DNA from: Paragordius varius
Taxonomy: Eukaryota; Animalia; Nematomorpha
Direction of reading: 5' to 3'
NCBI GenBank assembly: GCA_964247055.1
Contig: OZ176053.1
Coordinates: forward strand, 6,448,001 to 6,512,000
Length of the DNA: 64,000 nucleotides
The notes under the pieces are model-generated. The model had not been told where the DNA came from, ran no database searches, and was given only the letters and a program-made list of their open reading frames with translations. The translations under genes and the position numbers were made by a program. Positions 41,440 through 52,189 of the stretch are shown piece after piece (the stretch's first letter is position 1; every line of letters begins with the position of its first letter).

Positions 41440-42143
41440 TAGGGTTGTGATTTTGACCTAGTTCGAACCTATGTCAGACCGAATGTTAGCCTTAAAAATA
41501 AATAAATAAATATATAAAAAAATTATTTAAAAAAGGTTTTTAATAAAAAATAAATTTTTTAAAAGTATCACTAACACCATACTAATATTTTAAATTTTAT
41601 AAAATTACATTTAACGATATTTCCTAATCATACAGAAGGTCGATAAGAATTGCGTTAAGAATTAAATTATATAAACAAAGATTTAAATTATTAATAGTGA
41701 AAAGAAAAGGCCGAATATAGAATCGCTTGAAACCAAATGCTAATTTATGCTCTAGTCATTGACCCACAAATTTAATAAAATTTATTATTACAAATACAAA
41801 AGTCAGTCAATAAATATTTCTTCCTCATGTTCATCACTGCTAGTTGTCTCAACATCATGCCATAAGTTATATTAAGGCCATTAATTTATTAAAACGATTT
41901 TCATCCAAACGATTTATGTGTATGTATATATTTTCTGCATAAAAAACTTCTTTCCACTGACTACTTGAAGCGAGTATAATTTTCCTGACTAGTGATGACA
42001 ATTATTGATAGTCGGTAAATGTCCGATAAACTTCCAAAATTCATAACATTTTAAATGAAAAAAAAATAAATAAAATGACCCAGGTCATTTTTTTCGTGGT
42101 CGCGACCTAGCCCTAGGTCTTTGGCATGATCGCCACAACCCTA
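41440..42143 (-). mobile_element. Internally deleted hAT element carrying a transposase dimerization-domain remnant
   Basis: Termini TAGGGTTGTG...CACAACCCTA; flanks GTGGTAAC / GATGTAAC match at 6 of 8. Minus-strand remnant YEFWK..HLPT..LASSSQ..FYAENIYIHINRLDENRFNKLMAL..ETTSSDEHEEE resembles the hAT C-terminus. Confidence 0.65.
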
Positions 42144-43049
42144 GATGTAACTGATATCAGAAAACAAAATTACGCATATTTTGGTAAATAACTATTTTTA
42201 TGATTCGATTATGATGAACATTATCACCTCAGAATTATGATTAAATTTTTTGGCCTTTTAATTTAAATTGAATATGATTTTACAGCCAAATTTAAAAGCA
42301 GACGAATATTCAAATTAGTATGAGTAGTATGAGCTAGAAATATAGCATCCTGGGACTTATAAAACTGTTAAAATATTTACTTTATTATTAACAGAAGAAC
42401 AATGTAAAATAAAATTTAAAGTATAATAACTTTCAAAACAATATTTTAATTACAAGATTCTGATCTGGGATATGAAATCTCAATATATAATCGTGGAAAA
42501 AAATGCAAAGGTCATGATAAACAGTGGTACAAAAAATATCCCGATGAAATATATATATTCTGATAGGATAATGTATAAAGATTATCAAAATACTTTTGGT
42601 TTTGGCCCCTTAAGAGTGATTTAAAAAACACACTTTCGTTGTAACTGCTCCATATCAGAAAACGCAAATTATGACGGATAAAATTTTGGTGAAAGCCAAA
42701 TGATTCATTGCAAAAAATATCACTAAAATATATCACAACTACATTTAAAAGGCAAAACAATATTTTATTTTAAATTTTATGGGCTTTGAAAATCTCAAAT
42801 TTTTGGACCAGTCCAAAATGCGCAAGTTTTCTTAAAATAAAGACGAAAGGGTTGAGAATTCGTGAAAAAATTTATAATTTTGACATCAAAAAAATTATTC
42901 CAAAAAATGAATTTATGTTTAATGAATCCTTTTATCCCATTTATAATCGAATAAAAAGGCCTGAAAATCCTAGGTTAATGCTATTTTCATTGTAAGGTGT
43001 ACCTTTAGTATTTAATAACGCAGATAATTATTACTTAAAACTTGAAGCA

Positions 43050-43545
43050 ATACATTCCGTCCTCCGATTCAAATTTGGGTAGTTGGATACCCCATGTTTA
43101 AAATTTTATAATAAAAAAAGGAAGAAATTTGAAATCATGGCAAAAGCTTGCGTTTATATAACATAAAAATAAAATATATAAAAAATTTATTTAAAAATAG
43201 TTGATATTACTTATAAGGTAAGACAAAGGTAAAAATCTAGCCAAAATGACATCTGTCCACAAGCTAAATATAAAAATAATGCAAAATATACATACCAAAT
43301 TTTATGTTTACATTAATGTTAAATGTGAATTTAATAATAAAAAGTAAACTTAAAATTGCGGTATCCAAATACCCCAGGCTTAATTTAAGTCGGTTCCAAT
43401 TTAAATTTTGGCTTTTATTTTATAAAAATTATATAAATAAGCCAAAATATCCAAATAAAATTTCGTTTTGTAATAAGTTCCGTGTCAAACTACTTCAACG
43501 TCATTTTTATTTTGCAAAGATGGAATTTAAAGCAAAATCATAGTT
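43050..43545. mobile_element. Two truncated piggyBac-like MITE fragments in opposite orientation
   Basis: CGATTCAAATTTGGGTAGTTGGATACCCC left-end motif at ~43065, then a reverse right-end motif (AATACCCCAGG..CAAACTACTT..CGTCATTTTTATTTTGC) at ~43360-43520. Confidence 0.65.
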
Positions 43546-43559
43546 AATTTTTTATTTAA

Positions 43560-44126
43560 CACATCGATTCATATTGGGGCTCTTTAATACCCCAGACTAT
43601 ATCTGAGTTGGGATTTTTAAAACTACTGAAGGAACCAATTTAAATTTATGATTCTATCCTTATAAAAAATTATATAAATTCAGCAAAACATCTAAATAAA
43701 ATTTTGTTTTGAAAAAAAAGCTTCATGTCTAACTACTTTGACGCCATTTTTATTTTACAAAATTTTTGCAAAATATCGTCTTCATTTAATTTAAGGGTAA
43801 AATAGCTTATTTTTTATTTAAATTACATCTAACATTGATATAGATAGAAAACCCGGTTTATTTTGTATTATTTTTCAATTTTATCATTGCACACATGTCT
43901 CGTTGACTAAATATTTACCTTACGGTTTTAGCGTGAAATAAGTACTATCAAGTATTTTTGAATAAATTTTTTCATATATTTCGGTTTATTAATGTTATAT
44001 AAGTGCAACTTTTCTCATGGTTTCGATCCCTTTCATATTTTTTAAAGAATTTAATTTTGCACAGGCCTGGGGTAATTAACTGCCCCAATTTGAATCGAAA
44101 GACTAAAATGAATTTGTAGCGAAGTG
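43560..44126. mobile_element. piggyBac-like MITE, full-length copy in reverse orientation
   Basis: TTAA at 43556-43559 and 44127-44130; same asymmetric ends and body as 8912-9484; 567 bp. Confidence 0.82.
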
Positions 44127-44289
44127 TTAAATCATAACTACCATTGATAGAAACAGATAAAGTGGTTTTTTGTATTATTTTTAATTTTGCTAATGTACAC
44201 CTGTCATGTTGACTAAATTTTTAGCTTTGGGTTTAAGCTTAAAATAAGTAATTACAAACAAATTATTTGAAAGAATATAGGTTTAAACC

Positions 44290-44575
44290 TTAGTCCAGTT
44301 ACCCCAATATGAATACAAGGATTAAAATAAATATGTTGTATCCAGATTCTTAAAATCAATTAAACACGACATTTTGCAAAAATATTGTAAAAAAATGGCA
44401 TCGAAGTTGTATGTTATACAACATTATTTAAAAAACTAAATTTATTAGATATTTTGGTTTTTTTATATAATTTTTATTAGGATAGAAGCTAAACCTCAAA
44501 TTGAAACTGTTTTAAATAGATTTTTATAAAATAAAGTTAAATATAGATTGGATAATTTGGATACCCCGATTCGGA
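44290..44575. mobile_element. Partial piggyBac-like MITE copy
   Basis: TTACCCCAATATGAATAC start, AAAATGGCATCGAAGTTG body motif, GGATACCCCGATTCG end, all shared with the family. Confidence 0.55.
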
Positions 44576-45243
44576 AAAGTTCAACATTACTACATAAAAT
44601 TTTTTTTAGTAGGGACATATTTATTTTTATTACTTCATATTTAAATCAAATTGCCATATACATATAAAATATCGAGCTCTTGATATTATAAGTTAGAACC
44701 AAGGTTTGATCCTATTCTCATAATTAAGTAGAGAAAAAATTTAAAATAAATTGATTAACGTTTCATTCATTTTAACAATGATTAACGTGTGATCTCTCCT
44801 CCATTTTTCTTTTATCCACACTAGCAAAAGTTAAATATTGGTTTATAAAATCGTATTAAACAAGAAAAATACTTTTACAGTATAATAAATATGCATTCGG
44901 TTGAATTAAGCTAGAATATCCATACGTTATATTTTAAAGAATATTAAATCTATTAAACATTTGTATAAATATATAGGATATAGTCGATTGGATTTATTTC
45001 ACCTGTAAATGCCAAATATATCTTCATTTATTTCATACATATCTTTATATAAACTTATCATTATATCCCTAGAAGTCAACCCGACCCCCGACGCAACTAG
45101 ACGGCTGTCACTGAACCACCATTGACTGGTGTATGGAAGGGCAGCAAGGGACGTCTTTTGTGGACAGTGGCGACGTGGGTCTGCTACACCCTTTTCTTGA
45201 TACACCTTGATCCAAGTATTATGAAATTATTATTCTATAGCTA

Positions 45244-47895
45244 ATGCCGCCTTCTGTACAATATCGATCCTTATGCATAAGTGAAGTCAATAGAAATGTT
45301 ACCGACAACGCATTACGCGAGGAAATTTATAAGAAATTCGAAAAGTTTGGTGACTTTTTCAACATAAAAATATCATTTTTTAACAACCAAAGAGTTGCAT
45401 ATATAAATTTTACCTATGATGAAGATGCCAGAAAGGCTCATCAGGAATTCCATAATATGCACTTATTTGGAAAATCTGTTAAAGTTGAACCTGTTCCTAT
45501 TAAAACTAATCCTAGAAACCGTCGAGATGGAAGTCGCAGTCCTAGCCCTTTATATAAGAAAAAAATTGGGGAGAGTAGTCCACCTTATAGCTCTTTAACT
45601 CATGAAATACGTTCTACCAATCAAAAATTTAGTGATGAATACTACGATGCCCCTCCATTTTATAATGAGCCACCTCCAAAATCACGTTATATCGACGAAT
45701 ATTATGATGACGAATACCATCGGTATCCTCCTCACGGCCCACCATTATCTTTCAAGCATAAGCCAATTGACATTTACCCACTTGATGCTACGCGTAGTCT
45801 ATTTATTGGTAATATTCCTGATGACATCGAAGAATCTGAAGTATTTAAAATTTTTAAACCGTTTGGTCCTATAACTGACGTCGATGTTAAACGCGCTGCT
45901 AAGGGCAAAACTACCGCATATGCATTTGTCAAATATTTCACTTTAGATTACGCCTTAAGGGCGAAAGATGAAATGCAAGGTCAATTAATTGGAAAGCTTA
46001 GTTGCAAAATTGGTTTTGGAAAACCTAGTCCTACCAAAAAATTATGGGTTGGTGGTTTGGCCCCATGGACAACTTACTCATTATTAGAACGTGAATTCGA
46101 ACGTTTTGGGCCAATCACAAAAATTGATTATTATAAAGGAGATTCGTTTGCATTTATTTTATATGACAATTTAGATTCATCTGAGTTGGCGTATCATGAA
46201 ATGAAAGGTATAGACATCATATCCGGTCCGCCAGGTAGTGGTGGGCCACCTGCTCGAATCATGACTGATTTTGCGGATCAAAAGCCAGTTTTTTATGACA
46301 AAACGAGCGTATATGAATTCCTTGATTCATTGCAGCACCGCCATGCTGCTACACCCCCACCTCAACAACCGTATGTTCATGGCAGACGACCATTACCATT
46401 TGATCCTGCCCCTCGAAGGCCTTTGCCTCCACCCTCTCACATGGGACCTGGAGGAGTGGACATGGACGATATGGGTCCACCTCCCCCTTCTCGGCATCAT
46501 CACAGATACTCAACATCTTTTGATCATCACCACCAGCATCCACTAGACATGGGTCCTTCATCATATCGTAGAGGTCCGGCGGTTACTCCCCAATATCATC
46601 ATACAACTTCCTCCGCCTCTACCATGCATAATAATGTTGGTCGAACCACACTCCACAATAATAGTGGTAACAATAGATTGGGTCCTGATCGTGAAGAGGG
46701 TGAAATGAGAGAAGATGAAGACTCTAACACTGGACCATCACGATACAGAAAAACTGCAAGGACTGATGCATACCATTCTCAGGAGACAGCTTTTACCAAA
46801 TCTAACACGAGTCAGATTAAATCACTTGTTGATCGTAATGGTGATGATCCATCCTCCTTATCGTTTGAACTAAGGAATCGTAATTCATCCGGTGCTAATG
46901 CAGGCGATAATCAATCCGTTCACTCATCATCGCATGGTAAACATGGACGAACCACATCTAGCCGCAATCGGAGTATTAAACGAAAAAGAAGTGTTTCATC
47001 CACTCGGAGTCAAGCAGGAGCCAAAAGTTCTTCTTCCGGCCAAATTAGTAGGAGTCATTCCAAATCAATGTCCCCTTCTTCTGCTCGATTATCTCATAAA
47101 ACATCTCGTATATCGAATGGTAAGCGAACACATGCACGATCAAGTTCTCACAGTTCAAGTTCAAGCAGTCAGAGTGGCTCATTTTCATCAGACCAAGTTG
47201 CTACGGCTTCACGGTCTGATAGCCGTAAGGACTTGATTAATGTTACAACACTTGAGGCGCTTGTCACTCATTTAGAACCGGCCTATTGGCATGGACATTT
47301 TACGATAAAAAACAGCCTTTTCCCGATCGTTTTGTATCCTTTGAAACGGGGAACATCCCTTTTTGCTAAATCCGTCATTATGCCCTTATTACAAGGCATT
47401 AATGAACTTAAAATTGTTCAACGATTCAGGCTCGATTCCAATAAAATTGATGATATGGCCAAATTGATTCACAAAGTTGATGATGACTTGGACGAGCTTG
47501 ATGTATCATCAAACGCCGCAAGTGGTGGTAACCTACAATACACTATTAATTTGGCCCTTGACGCTGATTTAGAAATTGGTACCAAAAATATAATTAACAA
47601 CAATTCAACAAATGAAACCGATCAGCAAACCCAAAATAATCATAAAAGGCATCTTAAAGACCTTATTAATTACTTGGTTTCTAAGAATGCTGCCGGTGTG
47701 GCACTGCTTAAAACACCCACCAATGAAGAACATATAGTTTATGCCTTCCCCCCATGTGATTTCTCTAAACAATTTTTTGCTAAAAGTTATCCCAAACTAA
47801 TATTACCAAACGAATCTGCATCCGGATCAAACAATGCCGTCATCCATCATTATCTTTTGATTGTTATCCTTAAAGGAGCCTCTAAAAAACATTAA
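45244..47895 (+). CDS. RBM15: RNA-binding protein 15 / spenito: 3 RRM + low-complexity Pro/His/Ser-Arg region + C-terminal SPOC domain, 883 aa, single coding exon
   Basis: RRM1 (YRSLCISEV..RVAYINF), RRM2 (DATRSLFIGNI..AYAFVKY..A.RAK.EMQG..IG..CKIGFGK), RRM3 (PTKKLWVGGL..LEREFERFGPI..IDY.KGDSFAFILY), SPOC (WHGHFTIKNSLF..LKIVQRFRLD..LKDLINYLVSKNAAGV..AFPPCDFS..HYLLIVILKG). Confidence 0.95.
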   Translation: MPPSVQYRSLCISEVNRNVTDNALREEIYKKFEKFGDFFNIKISFFNNQRVAYINFTYDEDARKAHQEFHNMHLFGKSVKVEPVPIKTNPRNRRDGSRSPSPLYKKKIGESSPPYSSLTHEIRSTNQKFSDEYYDAPPFYNEPPPKSRYIDEYYDDEYHRYPPHGPPLSFKHKPIDIYPLDATRSLFIGNIPDDIEESEVFKIFKPFGPITDVDVKRAAKGKTTAYAFVKYFTLDYALRAKDEMQGQLIGKLSCKIGFGKPSPTKKLWVGGLAPWTTYSLLEREFERFGPITKIDYYKGDSFAFILYDNLDSSELAYHEMKGIDIISGPPGSGGPPARIMTDFADQKPVFYDKTSVYEFLDSLQHRHAATPPPQQPYVHGRRPLPFDPAPRRPLPPPSHMGPGGVDMDDMGPPPPSRHHHRYSTSFDHHHQHPLDMGPSSYRRGPAVTPQYHHTTSSASTMHNNVGRTTLHNNSGNNRLGPDREEGEMREDEDSNTGPSRYRKTARTDAYHSQETAFTKSNTSQIKSLVDRNGDDPSSLSFELRNRNSSGANAGDNQSVHSSSHGKHGRTTSSRNRSIKRKRSVSSTRSQAGAKSSSSGQISRSHSKSMSPSSARLSHKTSRISNGKRTHARSSSHSSSSSSQSGSFSSDQVATASRSDSRKDLINVTTLEALVTHLEPAYWHGHFTIKNSLFPIVLYPLKRGTSLFAKSVIMPLLQGINELKIVQRFRLDSNKIDDMAKLIHKVDDDLDELDVSSNAASGGNLQYTINLALDADLEIGTKNIINNNSTNETDQQTQNNHKRHLKDLINYLVSKNAAGVALLKTPTNEEHIVYAFPPCDFSKQFFAKSYPKLILPNESASGSNNAVIHHYLLIVILKGASKKH

Positions 47896-50073
47896 ATCTT
47901 TCATTTGCATAGCTATACATATCTTATTGGCATTTCTTTCAATCATTATCTGATGTGTATCATTCATATTGATCTTTAAATTTCTTCATCTATATTTTTT
48001 AGTTTATCTTATATATTATCCTATTTTATCCTGATAAAAATATACAAATCCATTTTCGCTTCATAAGTATTTTTGGTATAATTATATCTATCCAATGTGG
48101 TACCGTGTTGTAATCCTAACAGTAATTTTTTATATGATACCCATATATATATAGATCTATATACATTTTGCATGTTTAGGTTATTCTATCATTTTTATTC
48201 TGTGTTTTCTATGTGTCATAATTTAATAAATATTTGAACCAATGACAAATAAATATATAATCAGTTTGAAATTATTCTTATATATCATGGATTTTTCCCT
48301 CCATAAAATTATCTTTTACCTTTATTCTTACGTGGATTATTTATTTTAAAAATATTTATCATCGATGATATATTCCATTCCAAGGATCTCAACTAAATAT
48401 ACATATTGCTCAATCGAAAATTCCGCCGTGTATAGTGCAATATATTTTGCGATATTTATTATTTATATATTTTAGGATTATGAATCATTCAAAAATATTC
48501 AAATTACATATCAATTTACCAAATATTATGTTGCATTTATAAGGAGGCATCATATAAAATTATCCTTCAAGTTATAATCATGTTATTCCGAATCATTTCC
48601 TGTTTATGAATTTGAATCAAAAATTTATAATATTTGGTAATTGGCTCATATATATTTACAACCGATGAATTATTTTATTTGAGACTTACTGCAGGAGCTC
48701 ATTTCAGTTATTAATTGTTTAAATCGTAATAATTTAAATTAATCACATATCAACAAGAAAACAAGAGTTTTTTACAGACATACATATGATTCCTTTATGA
48801 AATTCTCTGATTAGGATTTATATTGATGTTAAAAAATAAAAATTCCATAAACGACTTCCTGCCAATAATTTTTTAAATTTAAATAGCCTCAATCATATGT
48901 AGAAAATCCAATTAGACATAATTGTTAGTCTATTTTTTTAGTTATGTTTTTGCATATGAAATTAATTTATTATCTTAATCTCGATATATAGACTTGTAAT
49001 CATAATATTTTTAAAAATAAATAAAGAATATTCAAGTGTTAATAAAGTGGCATTTGCGGAAATTGAGCACGATTATATATAATGATCAATAAAAAAGAGT
49101 TATCCATTAAATTGAAATATAAATAAAATCCCATTTATTGCCAAATATACTCGGATTTATTTAAAATAAAATGTTAATATCATGACTTCTAAACTTTCAT
49201 ACGCATAGAAGTTTCGATAAAAAAATTTGCCATGATAAAAAAGAAATTGTAAAAAAGCATTAAACATAAAAACCATTAAATTCCGCTTGGCGAATCAGTT
49301 TCATATGCAAATAAGACTTAGATTTTTTTAACACGATATATTGGATATCTATATATATATAGTAAATATGTAATTAAAATATATAACAACAACTTTTATC
49401 CTTAAAATACGCCAAAGTGTGCAATTTTTTAGCTTGAAAAATGGTGTCTTTCATAGATCCTCTGAAAAATTGTCAAATCTTTATCGATAATACATGTGAT
49501 TTTAGGATTGTCATAAAAAAATAACAAATAATAGTTGACCTCTATAGTATTATTTGACCTAATGTGCGATTATGCGATTTTTGATTTTGGCTAAGAGCAG
49601 AAATCTTTAATAACTTTTTACTATTTTATCCGCATTTATCATTTCGATATTCACTATCCTGATTATTGAATGATATATGATTAACAATTATTTTTTAGTT
49701 ATATAAATTGATAAACAAATTACTTAGTATTTGATCAACTTAATGTATTACTAACTAGTCAGATCAACACCAGCGGTAATTTCTTTAAATCTCATTATCG
49801 TATAACTGTTGTATATAGAGCTCATGAATCATATACTACGTCATACCAAATTATAACAAGGCAGTAATATTTTGATTCGAAAACACATTGACCCTTTTAT
49901 ATGATTATTTTTCTTAAATATCTTTATATATTTCGCATTGGACGATTACAATAAAATTTTCTTTCTTTTGTTCGAAACTTTCCTGTTTTTGTTTTTAAAC
50001 CGTGTGATAAGCGATGCTAATGCTGTTCAAAGAATGCATGCATAAAATTGGCATATAAAAAATCTTTTATATC

Positions 50074-51196
50074 CACTGTGCAAAATTTTTCATGAGATAG
50101 ATTATGACCAGCGAATTTGTTTGCCGCAAAAATTTTTATTTGTTGACGACATAGTTTTCTAAATATTGAGAGAAAATCATAATTGGGCAAAAAGTGAAAA
50201 TTAAGGATATTGAAAAAATAGTGATTAAACCTGAGAATATTTAGATTGATATATATGTTATTTTTATTGTATAAAATATGAATGTTAAAATCTAAAAAAT
50301 CAGTTTGGCTAGTAAAAGATTTAAAAAAATTATTTAAGATAGAAATTTTTTTTGTCTTTTAAGGATATACCATTTGCACTTTAAGAGTGTCCTTGAACAT
50401 TTCAAGTTGGTCCTTGAACGCTTCAAGTTGGTCCTCGGACTTTTTTGTTTAGTTTTTAACTTTTATCAATCAAATCGTATATCATCTATCTATTTTATCA
50501 TTTTAACCTATTTTTTATTTTTAACATAAAAATCAATATCAACTACCTATATCTTTATTAATTTCTTAACATTATTTTGGACATGTACAAGATTTTAACA
50601 CATAAAAAAATAAATAAGTTTTCTGGGTTATTATTAATAATTTTTTATTGATAACATTTAGAAGATAATTTTGTTAAATTGGAAAAAAATTATTTTGAAA
50701 GAAAAAAGTCGTTTTTTAATAAAAAAATTTATTTTTATATGAATAAATATATAAATGTACAAAATTAGATTTATAAATAATAAAATAAAAAAAATAAATG
50801 TAAAAATTATGATTTTATCAAAAAGGATCAATTTGAAGTGTTCAAGGACCAACTTGAAGTGTTCCAAAGATGTTCAAGGATACTCTTGAAGCGCAATGGT
50901 ATATGTTAAAGAAAAAACACGATTTTTTGATCTAAGGTTAAAAAAACCCTAACTTTATAGGCTGTTTATAAATTGTAGATATCAGATAAAATGATAAAAA
51001 CCCTACTATCTCAAGTTTTATCATTATTTTTATTTATCCTAAAATATCTTAAATTTTCGCTTTTTGCCCAATTTTGATTTTATCTCAATATTTTAAAGCA
51101 TAGGTCCTCAACAAATAAAAATATTTGCGGCAAACGAATTCGCCGATAGGCTATCTCATGAAAAAAATTATTAATAAAATTGACATGCACACAGTG
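50074..51196. mobile_element. Foldback/long-TIR non-autonomous DNA element with CACTGTG...CACAGTG ends
   Basis: Arms ~50074-50445 and ~50825-51196 are inverted copies (e.g. CATGAGATAG..GCGAATTTGTTTGCCGCAAA vs TTTGCGGCAAACGAATTCGC..CTATCTCATG; TTCAAGTTGGTCCTTGAAC vs GTTCAAGGACCAACTTGAA). The centre is AT-rich and non-coding. Flanks are ATC / ATA. Confidence 0.75.
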
Positions 51197-52189
51197 ATAT
51201 ATAAATGTATATATATATAAATTTAAACTAATAAATGTTTTGGTCTTATGGTGCTGTCTTACTAGTCTTTTAAAAGATTGCTACTAGCTTTATATCGAAA
51301 ATACCAAAATTAATGCACAGTATGCTATATAATATTTTTTAATGACATTCTAAGAAAAAGTAATACTATATTTATATCTAATTTGTGTATTCCAAAAGTC
51401 TCGCATTTTTGTTTTTTTGAAACGAAAATGCCGAGATTGCTCGATAAATTTAATATATGCTATGTTGTGACATGGAAAAAAGTTTTTATTGAACATATGA
51501 ATCTTTGCTTAAAAATTTATTTCAAGCATTTTTTTAAATCGTATTTTATGGTCAAGCATGGCGGAATTGTAAAAACTTTTTTTTACATTAGGTGCAGCCC
51601 GGTTGGGTAATTTGAAAAAGCTTAATAATTTTTGTCTTGATGTATTGATATATATGGTATCATGGTTTTTAGGAAAATGAGCTACAAGCTTTGTCTTTAA
51701 TATAGTGGTCTATTTTAAAGAGGACGGTCTTGCGGCTACTTTTAAAAAAACTCTAAAAATTTTGTGTTTATGCTGGGAAATATAAAAGCTATTATTGATT
51801 AAATTTATTTTCATAATTTGGGTGCGAAATAATTTTAAGGTTTTTGGCTGCTATTTTTGCAATAAAGTCCGGGGAGGTGAATGGAAAAAAGCCAATTCAG
51901 TCCCGGCTATGCTCAAGGATATCGTAAAAAATCAAATATTATTATATTTTTGGTCTGCACTTTTTAAAAAAATTTCAAAGATAGGTTTTTAAGAATTTGT
52001 CTTACTAAAACATTTATTCACGGGATGGGTTTAATATGAGAATTCATAACAGTGGTTGGACTGACTATAGTCGCGGCATTTATAAATAAATTAAATTAAC
52101 CATTTTCAAATCTAAGTGTTTTCATTCGTTTTAAGCAATATTTTATTTTTTCACAAATATAAAGTAATGGTTGAATATTGGAAATACTT

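Noticed and set aside
44999-45205. 68-aa minus-strand ORF as a protein gene
   Set aside because: Non-ATG start, GC-ending codons unlike host genes and no recognisable homology; better explained as a structured non-coding island.
45416-47236. Alternative-frame and antisense ORFs overlapping RBM15
   Set aside because: Shadow ORFs of a relatively GC-rich, low-complexity coding region.
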